The position numbers and the translations under genes are program-made. This document shows positions 55,479 through 58,108 of a DNA stretch of 58,108 nt, in pieces; within the stretch, counting starts at the first letter, position 1, and every line of letters starts with the position of its first letter. A model generated the notes under the pieces. That model made no database searches. It saw only the letters and a list, made by a program, of their open reading frames with translations, and was not told the origin of the DNA. Source of the stretch: an uncultured Eubacteriales bacterium. Its GTDB lineage: Bacteria; Bacillota; Clostridia; Oscillospirales; CAG-272. Location of the stretch: assembly GCA_963614875.1 (NCBI GenBank), contig CAVEFC010000004.1, positions 1-58,108 of the forward strand. Direction: 5' to 3'.

Positions 55479-56596
55479 GCCGATTGGATGAACTGATTCA
55501 GCAATACTGCCCAGATGGGGTGGAGTATAGAAAACTTGAAGATTGCTGTACAGTTCTTGATAAAAAAAGGAAACCCGTTACAAAAGCGGCAAGAGAAGCA
55601 GGCGAATATCCGTATTATGGTGCAAACGGCATTCAGGATTATGTTTCAGATTATATTTTTGATGGCACGTTTGTTCTTGTCGGAGAAGATGGAAGCGTAA
55701 TTACAAAAGCAGGAACGCCAGTTGTAACATGGGCAGAGGGGAAAATATGGGTGAACAATCACGCTCATATCATTGAAGGAACTGACGGTGTCCTCCTTCG
55801 ATATCTGTTTCATTATATACAGACTATCGATGTAACCCCTTTAATTCATGGCAATATACCCAAGTTGACAGGTGGAGATTTTAGAGCATTACAGATCCCC
55901 GTCCCCCCTCTGCCTGTGCAGAGTGAAATTGTCCGGATTCTGGACAATTTCACGGAGCTTACAGCGGAACTTACAGCGAGGAAGAAACAGTATGAATTTT
56001 ATCGGGATAAGCTGCTGACCTTCGGCGATGTCCGAGGGGGGGCGACAAGTGATGTTGCGTGGAGGACGCTCGCTGAAATTGCAGAAATTTCAACCGGTTC
56101 AAGCAACACGGATGATGCGGTTGAGGGTGGTTGCTACACGTTTTTTGTCCGTTCTCAGCAGCCTCTTGCTAAGAATGAATACGAGTACGACGAAGAAGCA
56201 ATTATCACAGCAGGAGATGGAGTAGGCGTTGGAAAGGTATTTCACTATATCAATGGGAAATATGCTCTCCATCAAAGAGCCTATAGAATTCATCCGGCAA
56301 CAGATGCGCTTTTTGGTAAGTATCTGTATCACTATTTTGTTGCTAATTTTCCGAAATACATTGCACAGCAGATGTTTCAAGGTTCAGTACCGTCGATCCG
56401 CAGACCGATGCTCAACAAGTTCCAGGTTGCAATTCCGTCACTTGATGTTCAAAAACGGCTTGCTGAGGTTCTCGACAACTTCGATGCCATCTGCTCTGAT
56501 CTGAAAATCGGTCTGCCTGCCGAGATTGAAGCAAGACAAAAGCAGTATGAGTTCTATCGTGATAAGTTGCTGACATTTGAGAAAGCTGGAGTGTAA
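55475..56596 (+). CDS. hsdS: type I restriction-modification system specificity subunit
   Basis: 373 aa. Two target-recognition domains are separated by the conserved helices RKKQYEFYRDKLLTF and RQKQYEFYRDKLLTF. Confidence 0.92.
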   Translation: MSRLDELIQQYCPDGVEYRKLEDCCTVLDKKRKPVTKAAREAGEYPYYGANGIQDYVSDYIFDGTFVLVGEDGSVITKAGTPVVTWAEGKIWVNNHAHIIEGTDGVLLRYLFHYIQTIDVTPLIHGNIPKLTGGDFRALQIPVPPLPVQSEIVRILDNFTELTAELTARKKQYEFYRDKLLTFGDVRGGATSDVAWRTLAEIAEISTGSSNTDDAVEGGCYTFFVRSQQPLAKNEYEYDEEAIITAGDGVGVGKVFHYINGKYALHQRAYRIHPATDALFGKYLYHYFVANFPKYIAQQMFQGSVPSIRRPMLNKFQVAIPSLDVQKRLAEVLDNFDAICSDLKIGLPAEIEARQKQYEFYRDKLLTFEKAGV

Positions 56597-56610
56597 CTGG
56601 GGGATAAATA

Positions 56611-57567
56611 ATGGGGCGAGTGAATTATAGCGTGACCACATCGCTTTTGATGCGAGTCGGTAACTCAAAGGTAATCCAAAAATGTTACGATGAAAAAACG
56701 ATTCAGTTTGGCTGTGCGGCGAATTGGCTTGACTATGCACTGAAATGCAAAAATCAAGCTGTTGGTGACTATTATGAATGCGTTTTTGCTCATATACCAA
56801 AAGGCGATGCAAGGGTTAATTCCATTACCGATATTCATGGCAAGCCGATGGGCGATCATTTGCTGATTCTGGAAAACCAGCGTGATGGGTCTTCCTTGCT
56901 TCGCCTGATTCCAACGATTCTTATGCCGACAATTTGTTTCTTTTCCTTCAATGTTCAAAGGATACGGAAACAAATGGATAAAAAAGGAGAAGCCACCAAA
57001 TGGTTTGCTTTCGACTTGGATGCATATCGGGAAGATATGGAATATCAAGACGATGCGAGTTTCTTGTTTATCTCTGACCCCGTATCCTTTTTTCAAGACT
57101 TAAAAGAATCGATTCCTATTTCGGTTGAAAAGAATAAGAAAAATCTCACATCGAGAAGATTCTATTCAGGGTTTAATCCGCAAGAGCCGTTTATTTTTCG
57201 TGATGTTGATTACCACCATTATACTGATGACCGTCCTTTCTTTGATTATCAGGACAACCGAGAAGAGCTGTTTTGGAAATTACCAAAATACGAACAACAG
57301 TCAGAACTAAGAATCGCTATCTCTCACTTGAACTTTGTACAAACTTATGACCCTTCATTGGAATATGATTATAACAAAAATAAGCTTGATGTATTTCTTC
57401 CTCACTTTCAAGAGTATGCAATGATTGTCCCAGCGAATAAAGCACATTCATTGTATTTCGGTGGATTTGACACGGATTGTCATACAAATGATTTTGCGGT
57501 ACTTAAACTGACAATGAAGGATATTCAAGACAACATAAAAGTTAATAGTGGGAAACTAATCATTTAG
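56611..57567 (+). CDS. uncharacterised 318-aa protein between hsdS and hsdR
   Basis: Gaps of 14 nt to hsdS and 11 nt to hsdR. No Walker A, HTH or nuclease signature that I can recognise. Locally AT-rich. Confidence 0.7.
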   Translation: MGRVNYSVTTSLLMRVGNSKVIQKCYDEKTIQFGCAANWLDYALKCKNQAVGDYYECVFAHIPKGDARVNSITDIHGKPMGDHLLILENQRDGSSLLRLIPTILMPTICFFSFNVQRIRKQMDKKGEATKWFAFDLDAYREDMEYQDDASFLFISDPVSFFQDLKESIPISVEKNKKNLTSRRFYSGFNPQEPFIFRDVDYHHYTDDRPFFDYQDNREELFWKLPKYEQQSELRIAISHLNFVQTYDPSLEYDYNKNKLDVFLPHFQEYAMIVPANKAHSLYFGGFDTDCHTNDFAVLKLTMKDIQDNIKVNSGKLII

Positions 57568-57578
57568 GAGGTCAAGCC

Positions 57579-58108
57579 ATGTCCTTTTTCAATATAGTCG
57601 CACAGACAAGAGAAAATACGGTGGTGACGGAGTATGAGCCTGTTTCCAAACGCAGCGACAGCTTTCAGAGCGAAGCCGCTCTTGAAAAGGAGTTCATCCG
57701 GCTGCTGACCACGCAAGGGTACGAGTATCTTACCCTCCATGACGAAAACAGTCTGATCACCAACCTCAGACGGCAGTTGGAGCTTTTGAACGATTACACC
57801 TTTACCGACAGCGAGTGGAAGCGTTTCTTCACGGAAACGCTTGCCAACGCCAACGAAGGCATCGTTGAGAAAAGCCGTACCATCCAGACTGACCATGTAA
57901 AGGTACTCCGCAGGGATGATGGACCTTCCAAGAATATTCAGCTCATAGACAAAAAGAACATTCACAATAACCGCTTACAGGTTATCAACCAGTATGAGGA
58001 AACCGAGGGCAAGCATGACACTCGCTATGATGTGTCTATCCTTGTCAACGGTCTGCCCCTTGTCCATGTGGAACTGAAACGCCGTGGCGTTGCAATCCGT
58101 GAAGCCTT
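57579..58108 (+). CDS. hsdR: type I restriction enzyme R subunit, N-terminal fragment (continues beyond the window)
   Basis: ATG at 57579 after an AGGAGG RBS, open to the window end. The translation MSFFNIVAQTRENTVVTEYEP...SEAALEKEFIRLL...YDVSILVNGLPLVHVELKRRGVAIREA is the typical HsdR N-terminal nuclease region. Confidence 0.88.
   Translation, partial: MSFFNIVAQTRENTVVTEYEPVSKRSDSFQSEAALEKEFIRLLTTQGYEYLTLHDENSLITNLRRQLELLNDYTFTDSEWKRFFTETLANANEGIVEKSRTIQTDHVKVLRRDDGPSKNIQLIDKKNIHNNRLQVINQYEETEGKHDTRYDVSILVNGLPLVHVELKRRGVAIREA

Larger units (their letters stand above)
51100..58108. mobile_element. TnpV-associated genomic island carrying a type I R-M operon (right end outside the window)
   Basis: The island begins right after the repeat array. 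It holds a TnpV-family gene and then a seven-gene defence operon. By eye it is AT-richer than the core. Confidence 0.55.

Noticed and set aside
55960-56585. The duplicated RKKQYEFYRDKLLTF / RQKQYEFYRDKLLTF helices in hsdS as DNA-level recombination repeats for specificity switching
   Set aside because: The two peptide repeats are encoded by clearly different codons (for example GAATTTTATCGGGATAAGCTGCTGACC versus GAGTTCTATCGTGATAAGTTGCTGACA). No second hsdS copy or invertase lies in the window.

Overview
This 58.1-kb window comes from a Clostridia-type Firmicute chromosome. The evidence is GGAGG-type RBSs, RNase Y, an SLH surface protein, a T-box leader and soj/spo0J. It falls into three blocks.

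(1) 1 to ~24.7 kb is the right-hand part of an integrated phage-like element, transcribed leftwards.
- It starts with a Zn-ribbon tyrosine integrase and a divergent promoter region.
- Next come about 25 small genes, many membrane or Zn-ribbon proteins, arranged as promoter/terminator-delimited mini-cassettes. A non-canonical tRNA-like gene sits among them.
- The replication module has a 1402-aa SF3-helicase/prim-pol/PolB fusion, an SSB-like protein, an SF2 helicase and a truncated methyltransferase-like protein.
- ThyX-like and NrdDG genes follow.

(2) ~24.9 to 50.8 kb is ordinary origin-proximal core: ADP-ribosylglycohydrolase, a 1666-aa SLH protein, rny, an Lrp regulator, a GHMP sugar kinase, an MBL hydrolase, rlmH, mnmG, rsmG, a degenerate ParB paralogue, two parS sites, soj, spo0J, serS, T-box-pheST, a phosphoribosyltransferase and pepV.

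(3) ~51.1 to 58.1 kb is a TnpV-associated island. It carries a tightly packed seven-gene type I R-M operon: HTH, hsdM, rhuM, a Zn-ribbon/DUF4145-like gene, hsdS, a 318-aa orphan and hsdR (truncated by the window end).

The best leads for novelty are:
- the uncharacterised genes interleaved with hsdMSR;
- the one-chain helicase/prim-pol/PolB replicase;
- the methyltransferase-like protein lacking a catalytic motif;
- a seven-copy conserved promoter-like element in the phage;
- the aberrant tRNA-like gene;
- a 74-bp tandem repeat family found at both core/mobile-element junctions.

All family names come from my own motif recognition. No database search was run.
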